Virus record (IMG/VR): IMGVR_UViG_3300042934_000313
Location: 1-61,491 of that record
Direction: 5' to 3' (one strand)
DNA length: 61,491 nt
Source of the DNA: a virus
Taxonomy: Duplodnaviria; Caudoviricetes
Shown here: one piece after another, positions 19,194 to 29,639 of the stretch
Layout: each line of letters starts with the position of its first letter
Numbering within the stretch: position 1 is the stretch's first letter
Program-made: the position numbers and the translations under genes
The notes under the pieces: generated by a model
The model's database searches: none
What the model saw: the letters and a program-made list of their open reading frames with translations, nothing else
Told to the model about the DNA's origin: nothing

Positions 19194-21169
19194 TGCTCGA
19201 AGAGTATCTCTGTCTCGGCGGCAACGAGGTCGCGAACAACGCTCGGACCTACGGCTATGCGACGACGGCGAACTGCCCGCTCTCATGGTTCCGGTGCGAG
19301 CCGTGCGAGACCCTGCATGACGCGATCAACGACTGGGTTCCCTCCGAGTACCGCTGGATCGAACTGCGTCGCAACTTCATCACGAACCCCTCGTTCGAGA
19401 CGGATGCTTCCGGGTGGAACACCTACGGGGCGAACGTCACTATCGCGCGCTCCACCGCGCAGGCACACGGTGGCACCGCCAGCCTCCAGGTCACGCAGAC
19501 AACGGCGGGCACGAAGGGTGTCCAGTCCGTGGCCTATCCGGTGACGGTCGGTACCTCCTACGCCCTCTCGGCATGGGTGCTCTCGACGGCGGGCACGGCA
19601 CAGACCGCGGTCATCCTGTCCTGGTACAACGGTGGCTCCTTCATCTCTTCGACCAGCGGCACGCTGACTTCGCTGACGATTGGCACCTGGACCCGACTGT
19701 CGGTGGTGGGCGTCGCTCCTGCCACTGCGACCCAGGTGTACGCGATCGTCAGCACGCCCTCGGCGCAGATTGCGGACATCCGGTTCGTCGACGAGTTCCT
19801 GCTGGAAGCGTCGACCGTCGTGGAGACGTACTTCGACGGCGACAGCGCTGGCACAGTGAACGTCCCGGTGGGAGCGGGCGACATCGACTACGCCTGGGCA
19901 TCTGGCCCGCCCGGACCGTCGATTCAGCAGCAGTACACCGTCGTGAGCGAGGGCTACTCGGCCACACAGCCGTACACCTACGCGAACATCGAAGATGCTC
20001 CGTGGTACGACCAGCAGAAGAGTGATCTGACCAGCCGGTTCTATGGAGCATGGATCGTCTCGGTGACTGGCGTCGACGACTCCACTCGAACGGCCACCGT
20101 GACGGAGGCGATCCTCGATGGTGGCGTGGTCGGCCTCGTGCGGCATGCCGCACGCGAGATGGTCGTGACGGCGCTCCTTCCCGCCGAGGGGCAGGACGCC
20201 CTGGAGTATGGACTGTCCTGGCTCGATGCCGCACTGGCCGCAGACGGTTGCTCGTCGCACGGCTCTGCCTGTGGCGCTGTCGACATGACATTCCTGGGGG
20301 CATGCCCGGACCCCGAGACTCCGGACGGAATCGTTCTTGCCGCCGATGCGCAGACTCGCCACCTGCACAATGTCACCGTGACGAGCGGACCGCTCATCAT
20401 CCAGCGTCTCCACTCGAACGACGGCAAGCACTTCGCCTACATCGTCGAGTGGACGATGGTCGCAGGGACGCCGTTCGTGTTCGGCCAGACGACGGAGATT
20501 GAGGTCCAGCCCTCCATCCCGCTGGTCATCCAGGACGTGCCGTACAACCTGGTCCCGTACCCCTCCGCCGAACTGCCCGGAAGCACTGTGGTGGTCGCGA
20601 CGAACTACTCGACGAACCCTTCGGTCGAGGTCAACGCGACGAACTGGAGTGCGTGGGGGGCGGTCGACAGCGGCACCAGCCCGGCCGCCTTCATCACCGG
20701 GGCTCGCTCCACGGACCTGCACGCTGGTACTGGAGTGGCCTCGTTCCGCACGCGCCTGCTCGGCAACAACGGCTCGACCGTCGTGACCAACGCGGTGTCC
20801 TTCATTGGCGCTACGAACGTCATGAACCTCACCCCGGCCACCGGCCAGCGGTACTCGTTCACCATCTGGGGGGCGCTGTTCATCATCGCCGGGGCATCCG
20901 GCTCGCAGTTGCAGGAACTCGCCGCAATGGTCGAGTGGAAGAGCGGCACGAACGGCTCGGGTACCACCCTGCGGGCCGACACCATCGGCTCCACGACGAC
21001 CGAGTACAACGGCAAGGTATTCTCCGCGAAGTCGATCATCCCGCCTGCCGGGACGCTGAGCATCAACTTCTACGTCCGTGGCAAGGTGCGCTGGTCGTCC
21101 TCGGCTACGGCCGCGAACAACAGTGACATCCAGATGTTCGCTGACACCGTTGCCGTGACCACGCCGTAG
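19193..21169 (+). CDS. Minor tail protein (Dit-like) with carbohydrate-binding domains
   Basis: Follows the TMP; NFITNPSFETDASGW and NYSTNPSVE CBM-like starts. Confidence 0.75.
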   Translation: MLEEYLCLGGNEVANNARTYGYATTANCPLSWFRCEPCETLHDAINDWVPSEYRWIELRRNFITNPSFETDASGWNTYGANVTIARSTAQAHGGTASLQVTQTTAGTKGVQSVAYPVTVGTSYALSAWVLSTAGTAQTAVILSWYNGGSFISSTSGTLTSLTIGTWTRLSVVGVAPATATQVYAIVSTPSAQIADIRFVDEFLLEASTVVETYFDGDSAGTVNVPVGAGDIDYAWASGPPGPSIQQQYTVVSEGYSATQPYTYANIEDAPWYDQQKSDLTSRFYGAWIVSVTGVDDSTRTATVTEAILDGGVVGLVRHAAREMVVTALLPAEGQDALEYGLSWLDAALAADGCSSHGSACGAVDMTFLGACPDPETPDGIVLAADAQTRHLHNVTVTSGPLIIQRLHSNDGKHFAYIVEWTMVAGTPFVFGQTTEIEVQPSIPLVIQDVPYNLVPYPSAELPGSTVVVATNYSTNPSVEVNATNWSAWGAVDSGTSPAAFITGARSTDLHAGTGVASFRTRLLGNNGSTVVTNAVSFIGATNVMNLTPATGQRYSFTIWGALFIIAGASGSQLQELAAMVEWKSGTNGSGTTLRADTIGSTTTEYNGKVFSAKSIIPPAGTLSINFYVRGKVRWSSSATAANNSDIQMFADTVAVTTP

Positions 21170-21176
21170 GAGAACC

Positions 21177-21377
21177 ATGAGCGCCTTCGGCGAGACCATC
21201 ACGATCTGCAACCTGTGCGTGGCTGACGGGAAAGAGCCCTTCAAGACGTACGCCGAGGACGGCATGTTCGAGATGATGGAGGTGCACACGCGCACCGAGC
21301 ACCCGGAGCACGTGGAGTTTCTGCGTAGCGGCGGGACGTACCGGCCGCTGATCCCGAGCCCGATGGGAGATGACTGA
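21177..21377 (+). CDS. Hypothetical protein (CxxC...HxxxxH)
   Basis: AGGAG RBS; coupled to the next gene. Confidence 0.65.
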   Translation: MSAFGETITICNLCVADGKEPFKTYAEDGMFEMMEVHTRTEHPEHVEFLRSGGTYRPLIPSPMGDD

Positions 21378-23569
21378 TGGATGTCACCCGTAGCGCTGGC
21401 TACTCCGGTCGCCCCTACACCGCCCATCTGCGCGTCTACACGCTCCAGGTCAGCGGCAACTCCTCTCGCTACCACCACGACGCATGGGGCACGTCGAACT
21501 CCGGCTACGGCTCCTACGCGAACAGCGCCTCGACGGTCAACGTCTGGGTCGCCAACGACTACTGGGGCCACCACCGCCCCAACATGCCGTTCGCGCCGGG
21601 CGACTACGCCGGGAAGTCGATCGCCTACGGCTCCGGCGACGGCAACTGGAAGGGCCATGACGGCAACGGCAACATGTCGTTCGTCATGCGCCTCCAGCAC
21701 CCCGCGCCGGGTCCATTCAACACGGCCGACACGGGCGACCAGTGGGTGGCCGCTGACCGCATCGGCGCTGTCCCCGGCCAGGTAGGCGGGCTCGGCGCGA
21801 ACACCATCACGCCGACCACCGCAACCGTGTACTGGAGCACGCCGTCACGCGGTAACGCGGACATCGACAACTACGACCTGCACGTCTGTGACAACACGGC
21901 GTTCAACGGCTCCGGCTGTGTGCACTACAACTGGACCGGCAACACCGCGACCAGCAAGGCGCTGACCGGATTCAACCCTGGCACGACGTACTACATGCGC
22001 GTTCGCGCGCACAACGGCGACGGTGACGGTGCCTGGTCGGGCACCTACTCCTTCACCACGCTTCCCTCCACGCCGCCGACCATGAGCGTCTCGGCTTCCC
22101 CGGCCGGGTCCTCGGCAGTGGTGACGCTTGGGCCTCCCAGCGGCGTGAGCGGCGTCGACAAGTACATCGTCACCCGCCAGTACCTTTCGCCTGCCCCGAT
22201 CCCGACGCCCGCGACAGTCTCGGTGGAGACGACCTCCTCCAGCCTCACCATCAGCGGGCTCACGCCGGGGGCGAGGTATCGCTGGACGGCCAAGGCTGTC
22301 ATTGGGAGTTACACGACCCCGGCCAGCGCAAACCTCGACCTCACTCAGCCCCAGCCCTCGACGGGCGCGGGCGACTACTTCGACGGTGCTAGCCCGGCTC
22401 GCACCGACATCACGTTCGCATGGACGGGTACCGCCAACAACTCCACGAGCGTCGCGAACGGTGTTTCCGCAGACGGGTGGGCCGCAACGGCTCCGTCAGG
22501 TGGCGGCTCGGTCGTGCTCCAGCGCGTGACCGGTGGCCGGTCGGGAGCGTACTGCGCAAGGATGCTCGTCACCGCTGACGCCACGGGCGCTGGCAAGGTG
22601 CTGGGTGGCGCGACCTCCGCTATCACGGCGGATAAGCGCGCGGTGGTCGAGGAGGGGGCAACGTACTTCGGCTCGATCTACGTCCGCCCGTCGCGCACTC
22701 AGCGCCTCAATGCCGAACTGCTGTGGTTCGATGAGGCCGGTGTCGAGATTGGTCCGCGCGGTAGCGGATCGGCTTCGGTCGTCAGCGACACGATCGGATG
22801 GACGCGCCTCACCTGTAGCGGAACGGTTCCCCCCACCGCCGTGAACGCATCGGTGCGCGCGCGTGACGCTAGTGGGGAGGGGTGGAGCGTCTGGCTGTCG
22901 GGCGAATGGATGGATGCCGATGACGCGATGATCAGCCTCGGCGAACTCTTCACGTACTTCGACGGGAACACGCCCGACTCGGCCGAGTTCCAGTACGCCT
23001 GGACCGGTACCACGAACGCCTCTGAGTCGACGCGGACGACCCTGGACTCGACGTTCGATCCTCTCGCCGACCCCGACTGCGTGGCGATCCCGGCCGCACC
23101 GCGGCCTCCGGTCGTGCCCTCGGACTGCATCGCTGATGTCGGACAGTGGCGTCGCTACTGGGCCGCGATCCCCGCCTCCAACGTGTCGGACTGGCTCACG
23201 ACGATCCCCACTCTGGAACTGACCACGAGCGCCAGCGCTGAGCGTCAGGTCCGGGTGCGCGTGTACCAGAACCCCTTCAACCGGGGTAGCGCCGATGTCG
23301 ACCCGACCGACTTCTGCTCGGAGCAGATCATCTCGTACATCCCGCCGAACACGACCATGACCCTCGACGGCGTGACCGAGCGTGTGTGGGCAGAAGTCAA
23401 TGGTGGTGCCACGATCAGCGCTGACCACCTTCTGTACGGCTCGGGTGGCACGCCTGCAACCTGGCCGCACCTGTCCTGCGGCATCGGCTACTGGGTGTCG
23501 TTCGACGTACCGAACGAGGCTCCTGCCGGTAATCTGACGGTGCGCGTCTACCTGACTCAGCGGACCTAG
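21377..23569 (+). CDS. Minor tail protein with fibronectin type III and CBM-like domains
   Basis: LTGFNPGTTYYMRVRAHN.G.GAWS and ISGLTPGARY FN3 motifs. Confidence 0.75.
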   Translation: MDVTRSAGYSGRPYTAHLRVYTLQVSGNSSRYHHDAWGTSNSGYGSYANSASTVNVWVANDYWGHHRPNMPFAPGDYAGKSIAYGSGDGNWKGHDGNGNMSFVMRLQHPAPGPFNTADTGDQWVAADRIGAVPGQVGGLGANTITPTTATVYWSTPSRGNADIDNYDLHVCDNTAFNGSGCVHYNWTGNTATSKALTGFNPGTTYYMRVRAHNGDGDGAWSGTYSFTTLPSTPPTMSVSASPAGSSAVVTLGPPSGVSGVDKYIVTRQYLSPAPIPTPATVSVETTSSSLTISGLTPGARYRWTAKAVIGSYTTPASANLDLTQPQPSTGAGDYFDGASPARTDITFAWTGTANNSTSVANGVSADGWAATAPSGGGSVVLQRVTGGRSGAYCARMLVTADATGAGKVLGGATSAITADKRAVVEEGATYFGSIYVRPSRTQRLNAELLWFDEAGVEIGPRGSGSASVVSDTIGWTRLTCSGTVPPTAVNASVRARDASGEGWSVWLSGEWMDADDAMISLGELFTYFDGNTPDSAEFQYAWTGTTNASESTRTTLDSTFDPLADPDCVAIPAAPRPPVVPSDCIADVGQWRRYWAAIPASNVSDWLTTIPTLELTTSASAERQVRVRVYQNPFNRGSADVDPTDFCSEQIISYIPPNTTMTLDGVTERVWAEVNGGATISADHLLYGSGGTPATWPHLSCGIGYWVSFDVPNEAPAGNLTVRVYLTQRT

Positions 23570-23584
23570 AAAGTCGGACTTTTC

Positions 23585-24700
23585 ATGGCAACTGGTGTCT
23601 ACGGCGGGGGCTGTGCCGAGAAGCACACGGTCTACATCTTCGACCGTGGCGGCATGACTCGTGTCGCGCAGATTCTCGACGTGGCTACTGTGCAGTGGTC
23701 GCGCGATCGGGACGGGATCAGCGAGGCGACGGTCCGAGTCGAGGGCTCCGCTTGCTCCGCACAGGCGGAGACCCTCGCTGGCATCGAGCCGAAGCGCCAC
23801 GAAATGGTGATCTTCCGGGGCGCAGAGCGCGTCTGGGAGGGGCCGGTGTGGCGGGTGGGCTGGCACTCCGACTGGGTGGAAATCAACGCGCACGATGTCT
23901 TCCAGTACCTCCTGGGCACGCCTCTGAGCCAGCCCTACTCGAACGCCTACCCGAACATCGCCACGGTCACTGACCGCATCCAGACGATCCTCGACTACGA
24001 ACTCGATCGCTGGGAAGTTCTCGATCCTCCCGCCAACATCTACCCCTACCTCCAGGTTCACCACTTCGCGAACGAGGCCCAGACCACGGCCGTCACGAAG
24101 TCGTTCGAGATGACCGTGGGTGAGCACATCCAGAACCTCGCGCACTATGGCGGCATCGACTTCGCGGCAGTCGGACGGTCCCTCCACTTCTGGGACGTGA
24201 ACCGGCACCTGGGTCGTACGCGCATGCTGACGGAGGCCGACTTCCTCGGCTCCGAGGTCATCCTCACGGCATACGGATCGGAGCACTCGCAGAACGCCTA
24301 CGTCATCGGGTCGGACGGCATCTACGGCGAGGCCCACGACCTCGACTACGCCGACTACTACGGCCCCTGGACGACGATCCACTCGGCCTACAACGAGGAG
24401 GGGAGCGACGCCCCCACCCAGGCCGAACTGAATAGCCAGGCCCAGCGCAACCTCTCCGGCCGCACGCCGGTTCCGGTGGAGGTCCGCATCCCGGACAACT
24501 CGACGATCCGGCTGAACGAAACGCTGGGGATCAACGACCTGATTCCCGGCGTCCAGGTGCCGGTGCTCGCTACGCTGAATGCACGGCGCATGAGTCAGAT
24601 GCAGAAGTTGGACCATCTCCTGGTGACCGAAGACTCAACAGGAGAGACTGTGCAGGTGACCCTCGTGCCTGCCACACGCGACGATGACGAGGAACCCTAG
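23585..24700 (+). CDS. Minor tail protein (hub/Tal-like)
   Basis: WSRDRDGISEA...VWEGPV; synteny. Confidence 0.7.
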   Translation: MATGVYGGGCAEKHTVYIFDRGGMTRVAQILDVATVQWSRDRDGISEATVRVEGSACSAQAETLAGIEPKRHEMVIFRGAERVWEGPVWRVGWHSDWVEINAHDVFQYLLGTPLSQPYSNAYPNIATVTDRIQTILDYELDRWEVLDPPANIYPYLQVHHFANEAQTTAVTKSFEMTVGEHIQNLAHYGGIDFAAVGRSLHFWDVNRHLGRTRMLTEADFLGSEVILTAYGSEHSQNAYVIGSDGIYGEAHDLDYADYYGPWTTIHSAYNEEGSDAPTQAELNSQAQRNLSGRTPVPVEVRIPDNSTIRLNETLGINDLIPGVQVPVLATLNARRMSQMQKLDHLLVTEDSTGETVQVTLVPATRDDDEEP

Positions 24701-24708
24701 GAGTAATC

Positions 24709-25137
24709 ATGCCCAAGTGCCAGTGTGCCGGGAACGCGTGCTCTTGCAGCATCGTCGCGGGTGACGGCCTGCTCATCACGGGTACCGGCAACGCCAGTGC
24801 CCCGTACCAGATCAGCCTCAACGCCGCCCTGATCACGGTCACGGTCGCCGCTCCGGGGCCGATCGACCTGTCGAACATCGGGTCGGGCGCAGTCGTCCGC
24901 CTCGACATGAGCGCGAACGTGACCGACCTCACGCTCCCGTCGACACAGGGTGCACGCATCGACATCGTGGCCAACCATGTCGTCGGCGCAGTAGCGATCA
25001 CCTGGCCCGCGGCAGTGAAGTGGGCCGCGGCCACGCCGCCCACGCAGACCAGCACGATCAACCGCTACGACTGGTTCACCCTGCGGAGCGTCGGCACGGA
25101 CTGGATCGGATCGCTCACGGCAGGCAACGCCGGATAA
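24709..25137 (+). CDS. Minor tail protein
   Basis: ITWPAAVKW...P fibre C-terminal-type motif. Confidence 0.6.
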   Translation: MPKCQCAGNACSCSIVAGDGLLITGTGNASAPYQISLNAALITVTVAAPGPIDLSNIGSGAVVRLDMSANVTDLTLPSTQGARIDIVANHVVGAVAITWPAAVKWAAATPPTQTSTINRYDWFTLRSVGTDWIGSLTAGNAG

Positions 25138-25149
25138 GAAGGGTCCTCC

Positions 25150-26505
25150 ATGACCAGTGGTCCCAACACCAAGGGGTCGATGGATGCCCTCCTCAGGGAC
25201 ACCCTGACCCGCATCACGCTCCTGGAGCGCCGCCTGGCAATCGCTGGCGGCGGCAGCAGTGGCGGGTCCAGCGTGTCCGCTGGCATGATGCAGCCCTTCG
25301 CTGGGGCATCTGCGCCTGCGGGCTGGCTGGTCTGTGATGGTGCGGCCGTCTCGCGCACGACCTACGCCGAACTGTTCAACGTGATCGGCACGACGTGGGG
25401 CGCTGGCAATGGGAGCACTACGTTCAACTTGCCCGACATGCGCGGCAGGACGACGTTCGGACGGGACACGGCGCAGACCGAGTTCAACGCGCTCGCCGAG
25501 AGTGGTGGCGCGAAGACTCACCGGCACGACTTCCGGTTCGGCCTCTTCGACAAGAACTGGACCGCCACCGGCTCATACGCCGGTATGGAGGATGCCGCCC
25601 AGCCGAACGCCAACGACAAGATGGGCGCGTACCGCTACTCCACGGGAGCGTTCCAGGGAGCCGTTGCCGGAACGCCCTCGCAGTCCACGGCCACCAACCT
25701 CGCGACCAACAGCGCGACCAATGGCGGGACTCTTGTCACCAGCCAACTCAACCGGATGTTCTCGACCGGTGACACGGCCACGCCGACCGGCACGACCGGT
25801 CTGCCGCCCTATGTGGTGACCAACTGGATCATCGCCACGGCATCCGGGGCTGGCCTCCAGCCGACGATGCTCATGAACCAGGGCACGACCGCTCAGCGCA
25901 ACGCCATCTTCGGCTCGCCGACCACCGACGCCCAGCGTGTGGCGTTGGCGAACCAGGTGGTCTCCTGGTACAACACGGAACTCGGCTGGTGGGAGACGTA
26001 CTACGCCACGACAGGACTGTCCGGGCTGACCGCCCGCGGGCTGGTGTCGGGCGTCACGTCGGGCTGGTACCCCAATGCTGGGGCACCGATCTATGCGACC
26101 CAGCGGCGCACGGTGGACACGAGCGTTGGGGCGGGCGCGACGGCCGTCATCGCATTCAACACCACGACAGCGGCGGCAGGTTTTGCAGGGCTCCCGGCCA
26201 CGGCTATGACAGTCCCGTACGCCGGGAACTACGAAGTCAGCGGCTCGCTGGTGGCCGCGCAGACTGGCGGGAACTACGCGAACATGGCGATCCTTCTCAA
26301 CGACTCCAGCATCGTCGGAGAAACGGGATCGGTCTTCCCCCACACGAACGGGTACTCCATCGCCGTCGTCACGCCGTTCGCCTACTTCGCTCCGGCTGGA
26401 TCGAACTTCAAGATGAACGCCACTCTGTCATCGGCCGGGACCGTGGTGGGGTCGTCACCGCGACTCACGGTCCGATACCTCGGCCCTGCACTCGTCTATC
26501 CGTAA
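25150..26505 (+). CDS. Tail fibre protein with tail-collar domain
   Basis: FAGASAPAGWLVCDG..VSRTTY..LF..IGTTWG.GNGSTTFNLPDMRGR collar motif. Confidence 0.85.
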   Translation: MTSGPNTKGSMDALLRDTLTRITLLERRLAIAGGGSSGGSSVSAGMMQPFAGASAPAGWLVCDGAAVSRTTYAELFNVIGTTWGAGNGSTTFNLPDMRGRTTFGRDTAQTEFNALAESGGAKTHRHDFRFGLFDKNWTATGSYAGMEDAAQPNANDKMGAYRYSTGAFQGAVAGTPSQSTATNLATNSATNGGTLVTSQLNRMFSTGDTATPTGTTGLPPYVVTNWIIATASGAGLQPTMLMNQGTTAQRNAIFGSPTTDAQRVALANQVVSWYNTELGWWETYYATTGLSGLTARGLVSGVTSGWYPNAGAPIYATQRRTVDTSVGAGATAVIAFNTTTAAAGFAGLPATAMTVPYAGNYEVSGSLVAAQTGGNYANMAILLNDSSIVGETGSVFPHTNGYSIAVVTPFAYFAPAGSNFKMNATLSSAGTVVGSSPRLTVRYLGPALVYP

Positions 26506-26513
26506 GGAGTCAC

Positions 26514-26846
26514 ATGTCGTACAACACTCTCGCAAGCATGCAGGAGGACTCGGCGCTGTACCGTCGCCTGGTCGCGTGTGCCGCAGAAGAGCAGAAGCCG
26601 GGATCGCCCTACGCCTGGGTCACCGAGCGCATCTGGCGGATCGTCACCGCCTCATCCGACTGGGAGGCATCGTGGGCCTACGCCGAGGCTGTGCCCATCG
26701 AGAACATCGGGGCCGATGAGAGCGTGATCACGGATGCCATGATCCTCGCGGTGATTCAGCCGATGGACGCTCCCGAGCCCGAGCCGGAGCCTGAGCCGGA
26801 GGTACCTCCTGTGGACCCCGAACCTGAGGATGTACCCTCGACGTAG
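26514..26846 (+). CDS. Hypothetical protein (tail-associated)
   Basis: AAGGAG RBS; ITDAMILAVIQ motif; PE-rich tail. Confidence 0.65.
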   Translation: MSYNTLASMQEDSALYRRLVACAAEEQKPGSPYAWVTERIWRIVTASSDWEASWAYAEAVPIENIGADESVITDAMILAVIQPMDAPEPEPEPEPEVPPVDPEPEDVPST

Positions 26847-26916
26847 CGCTGGTTGTAGACCAGTTGCGCTCCGCACGTAGTGCCGAAAGTCTGACTTTCT
26901 CACGTGAGGAACCATC

Positions 26917-28812
26917 ATGGGCTACGCCTTCCCCTCCAACAGCGACTTCGTGTCGTGCTCCTGGTCGTGCCACCGGGACCGCAACCCTCCCTCGACTGAA
27001 CCCGGCACGGACTACGGCGTGCCCTATGGCTCGCCGCTCTACGCCGTGGGCAACGGCAAGGTCGTGGATGTCAAGCACACGAACACCAACGCCACCGGCC
27101 GCTACCTGACGATCGATCTGGATGACGGTCGGCGTACGCGCTCCCTGCACCTGGCCGAAATCTGGGTCCGGGTCAATGACCGCGTGTCGCGCGGCCAGCA
27201 GATCGGCAAGACCGGGGCATCCGGCTACGGCTCGGACTGGGGTTACGGTGCGCACGTTCACCAGACCCTCTGGCCCTCGCATGCCTACTCCTTCGGCAAG
27301 GACGCCACTCTCGACTTCGCGAAATACGTGGGCGACGAGCCCACCGCAGGCAACCAGCGCACAGTCGGCCCGAATGGCGCGAACCAGCGGCCGGAGCCCA
27401 AGACCTCCTCGCCGTCCTCGAACCTGCTCGCGCCCGGAACGGTCGGCACCTTCGACGGCTGGATTCACGGCGAGAACGTCCAGGGTAACGACGTGTGGTT
27501 CCGCGGCCAGTTCTCCGGCCTCTGGTCCTGGAGCGGTGGCTTCACCGACACTGGCACGCACGACCTCACGGACCTGAACCCGTCGACCATCGCTGGCAAC
27601 CAGCGCAAGGTGGGACCCAACGGCGCGAACGGCCGCGTTGAGGCGAACACCAACCAGCCGCCGACGCAGACCCTCGCACCGGGAACCGTCGCCGACTTCA
27701 ACGGCTGGATCAACGGCGAGACTATCGAGGGCAACTCGGTCTGGTTCCGTGGTGCCCACTCGGGCGACTGGTTCTGGAGCGGTGGCTTCGAGGACACCGG
27801 CACCCACGACCTCGCCGACCTGAACCCGCCGCCTCCGGTGGTCGACCAGACGCGCACGGTCGGCGTCAACAGCGCGAACGTGCGGGCGAAGCCGTACACG
27901 TCCTCGCCTGCTGTGGGTTCCGAGAACCCTGGCGCTGTCGTCGAGATGTCCGCATGGGCAGAGGGCGAGAGTGTCCAGGGCAACGCGGTCTGGTTCCAGC
28001 GCAAGGACGGGAAGTGGATGTGGTCGGGCGGCTTCACGTCGCAGGCCACGGATGGTCTCGCTCAGGTAACGCCGCCGCCTCCGGACCAGGCGTATGACCC
28101 GGACAACCCTCGTGGACTGGTCGAGTACGCGCCGATCTACCCGCGCGCCAAGATCGGGCTGGAGTCACCGCTCGGCTTCACTGACTGCGCCAACCCGGTC
28201 ACCCGGACGCCGCGCACGATGGGCTACAAGCCCGCACGGCCGACGAGCGGAACGATCGACCGCTTCATCATCCACTACACCGCTGTCACAAACGACCAGT
28301 TGGACTGGTTCTCGTGGTGCAACCCGCGCTCGGTCTGCCCGACGTTCTACCTGCGCACGGACGGCACCGTGTTTGAGATGATCCGTCCTGGCACCAAGCC
28401 CTCGGCCACCGGCCCGGACTGGAACTGGCGCTCGATCGCCGTCGAATCTCTGTGCGTCACCCCTGGTCCCGAGGGCCAGCAGACCGATGCGCAGATGGAA
28501 GAGATTGCGCAGATGATCGCGTGGCTCGCCGAGTTTGACGGGAAGGAACTGGACGGCGCACCCGTGTCGTTCAAGATCGACCGCGAGCACGTCATCAGCC
28601 ACCAGGAGGCACTGCCTGGCACCGAGTGCCCCGGCGTGTACATCCAGTCGCGGATGGATGAAATCGTGGCGCGCGCCAAGGTCATCTACGCCGAGAACAA
28701 CCCTGGCCCCGATCCTGAGCCGGTCATCGTCGAGATTCCTCGCGAGGCCCTGGAGGCATGGCGTGACGCCACGGCCACCATCTCCCAGGACATCGGGTCC
28801 TACCTCGGCTGA
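26917..28812 (+). CDS. Endolysin: M23 peptidase + 3 SH3-like repeats + amidase domain
   Basis: GTDYG..YGSP.YA..G.V...GAHVH (M23); three ..VWF....W.WSGGF repeats; FIIHYT...SIAVE...HQE..GTECPG (amidase_2). Confidence 0.85.
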   Translation: MGYAFPSNSDFVSCSWSCHRDRNPPSTEPGTDYGVPYGSPLYAVGNGKVVDVKHTNTNATGRYLTIDLDDGRRTRSLHLAEIWVRVNDRVSRGQQIGKTGASGYGSDWGYGAHVHQTLWPSHAYSFGKDATLDFAKYVGDEPTAGNQRTVGPNGANQRPEPKTSSPSSNLLAPGTVGTFDGWIHGENVQGNDVWFRGQFSGLWSWSGGFTDTGTHDLTDLNPSTIAGNQRKVGPNGANGRVEANTNQPPTQTLAPGTVADFNGWINGETIEGNSVWFRGAHSGDWFWSGGFEDTGTHDLADLNPPPPVVDQTRTVGVNSANVRAKPYTSSPAVGSENPGAVVEMSAWAEGESVQGNAVWFQRKDGKWMWSGGFTSQATDGLAQVTPPPPDQAYDPDNPRGLVEYAPIYPRAKIGLESPLGFTDCANPVTRTPRTMGYKPARPTSGTIDRFIIHYTAVTNDQLDWFSWCNPRSVCPTFYLRTDGTVFEMIRPGTKPSATGPDWNWRSIAVESLCVTPGPEGQQTDAQMEEIAQMIAWLAEFDGKELDGAPVSFKIDREHVISHQEALPGTECPGVYIQSRMDEIVARAKVIYAENNPGPDPEPVIVEIPREALEAWRDATATISQDIGSYLG

Positions 28813-29237
28813 TGTTCTCGCACCTGCCGCCGAGACAGCGCACCTTCGTTCGGGTTGCGCTGTCTTCGGCGTGGGGAATGTCCGCCCTCGCCGGAGCATC
28901 GTCGCTCATCGTTGCTCCGGGGTGGACTCTCGGCGTCCTGGCTGTGACCACGGTCATTGCCGGGATCGCGCTGGCGAGCATGGCGTCACTTGCCGCCCTC
29001 GGAGTGATTCTCAACCGGTACCGCATGGAATGGGTCGCGGCATGGTTCTCCGCCGCGGCCTTCGCCCCCCACGTACTTGCCTACTGGTACTCCGTGTTCG
29101 CCGTGGACCTGGAGAGGCTGTCCCCGGCGTTTCTGATGACTGCACTGGTTGGGTTCTACATGTCGCGCGCGATCATGTGTGCGGCGCACGCTGAGCGCCT
29201 GCGTCTGTTGCACGAGGGGGAGACGAAGGATGAATGA
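28812..29237 (+). CDS. Membrane protein (lysis cassette)
   Basis: About 4 hydrophobic segments. Confidence 0.7.
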   Translation: MFSHLPPRQRTFVRVALSSAWGMSALAGASSLIVAPGWTLGVLAVTTVIAGIALASMASLAALGVILNRYRMEWVAAWFSAAAFAPHVLAYWYSVFAVDLERLSPAFLMTALVGFYMSRAIMCAAHAERLRLLHEGETKDE

Positions 29238-29628
29238 TGCGGTTGCGCCGTGGCTTCCGGTTCTGATCGCTATTGTGACGGGTCTGCTGGGTAGCGGTGG
29301 AGTAGCCGCATGGATGAAGCAGAGGCATGACAAGAAGGTCGGCATCGCGTCGCTCGAAGCGGCTGAGGACGAGGCCCTCGCCAACCGCTGGCGGGCGATC
29401 ATCGAGACGCAGACCAAGGCCCTGCTGGAACCGATGCAGAAGCGGCTCGCTGACGTGGAGGCCGAGGTCACTACGCTCAAGGTCGAACTCGAAGGAGCGC
29501 GGCGAAAGTACTGGTCGGCTATCTCGTACATCCGTACGCTGTTGACCTGGATCGCTCGGCACATGCCTGATGACGTAGAGCAGACACAGGTGCCGAGTCC
29601 CCCGACCACCGTGGTCGAGGACATCTGA
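29230..29628 (+). CDS. Membrane protein with coiled coil (lysis cassette)
   Basis: N-terminal TM followed by a coiled coil. Confidence 0.7.
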   Translation: MNDAVAPWLPVLIAIVTGLLGSGGVAAWMKQRHDKKVGIASLEAAEDEALANRWRAIIETQTKALLEPMQKRLADVEAEVTTLKVELEGARRKYWSAISYIRTLLTWIARHMPDDVEQTQVPSPPTTVVEDI

Positions 29629-29639
29629 GAGGAGTCCGA

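Noticed and set aside
15561-19286. 1241-aa - strand ORF and other long antisense ORFs (e.g. 4609-6936, 19283-21700, 49034-50596)
   Set aside because: These are shadow frames of high-GC genes with no recognisable motifs; the opposite strand has clear phage proteins.
25150-26505. Diversity-generating retroelement targeting the tail fibre
   Set aside because: No reverse transcriptase and no template/variable repeat pair seen.
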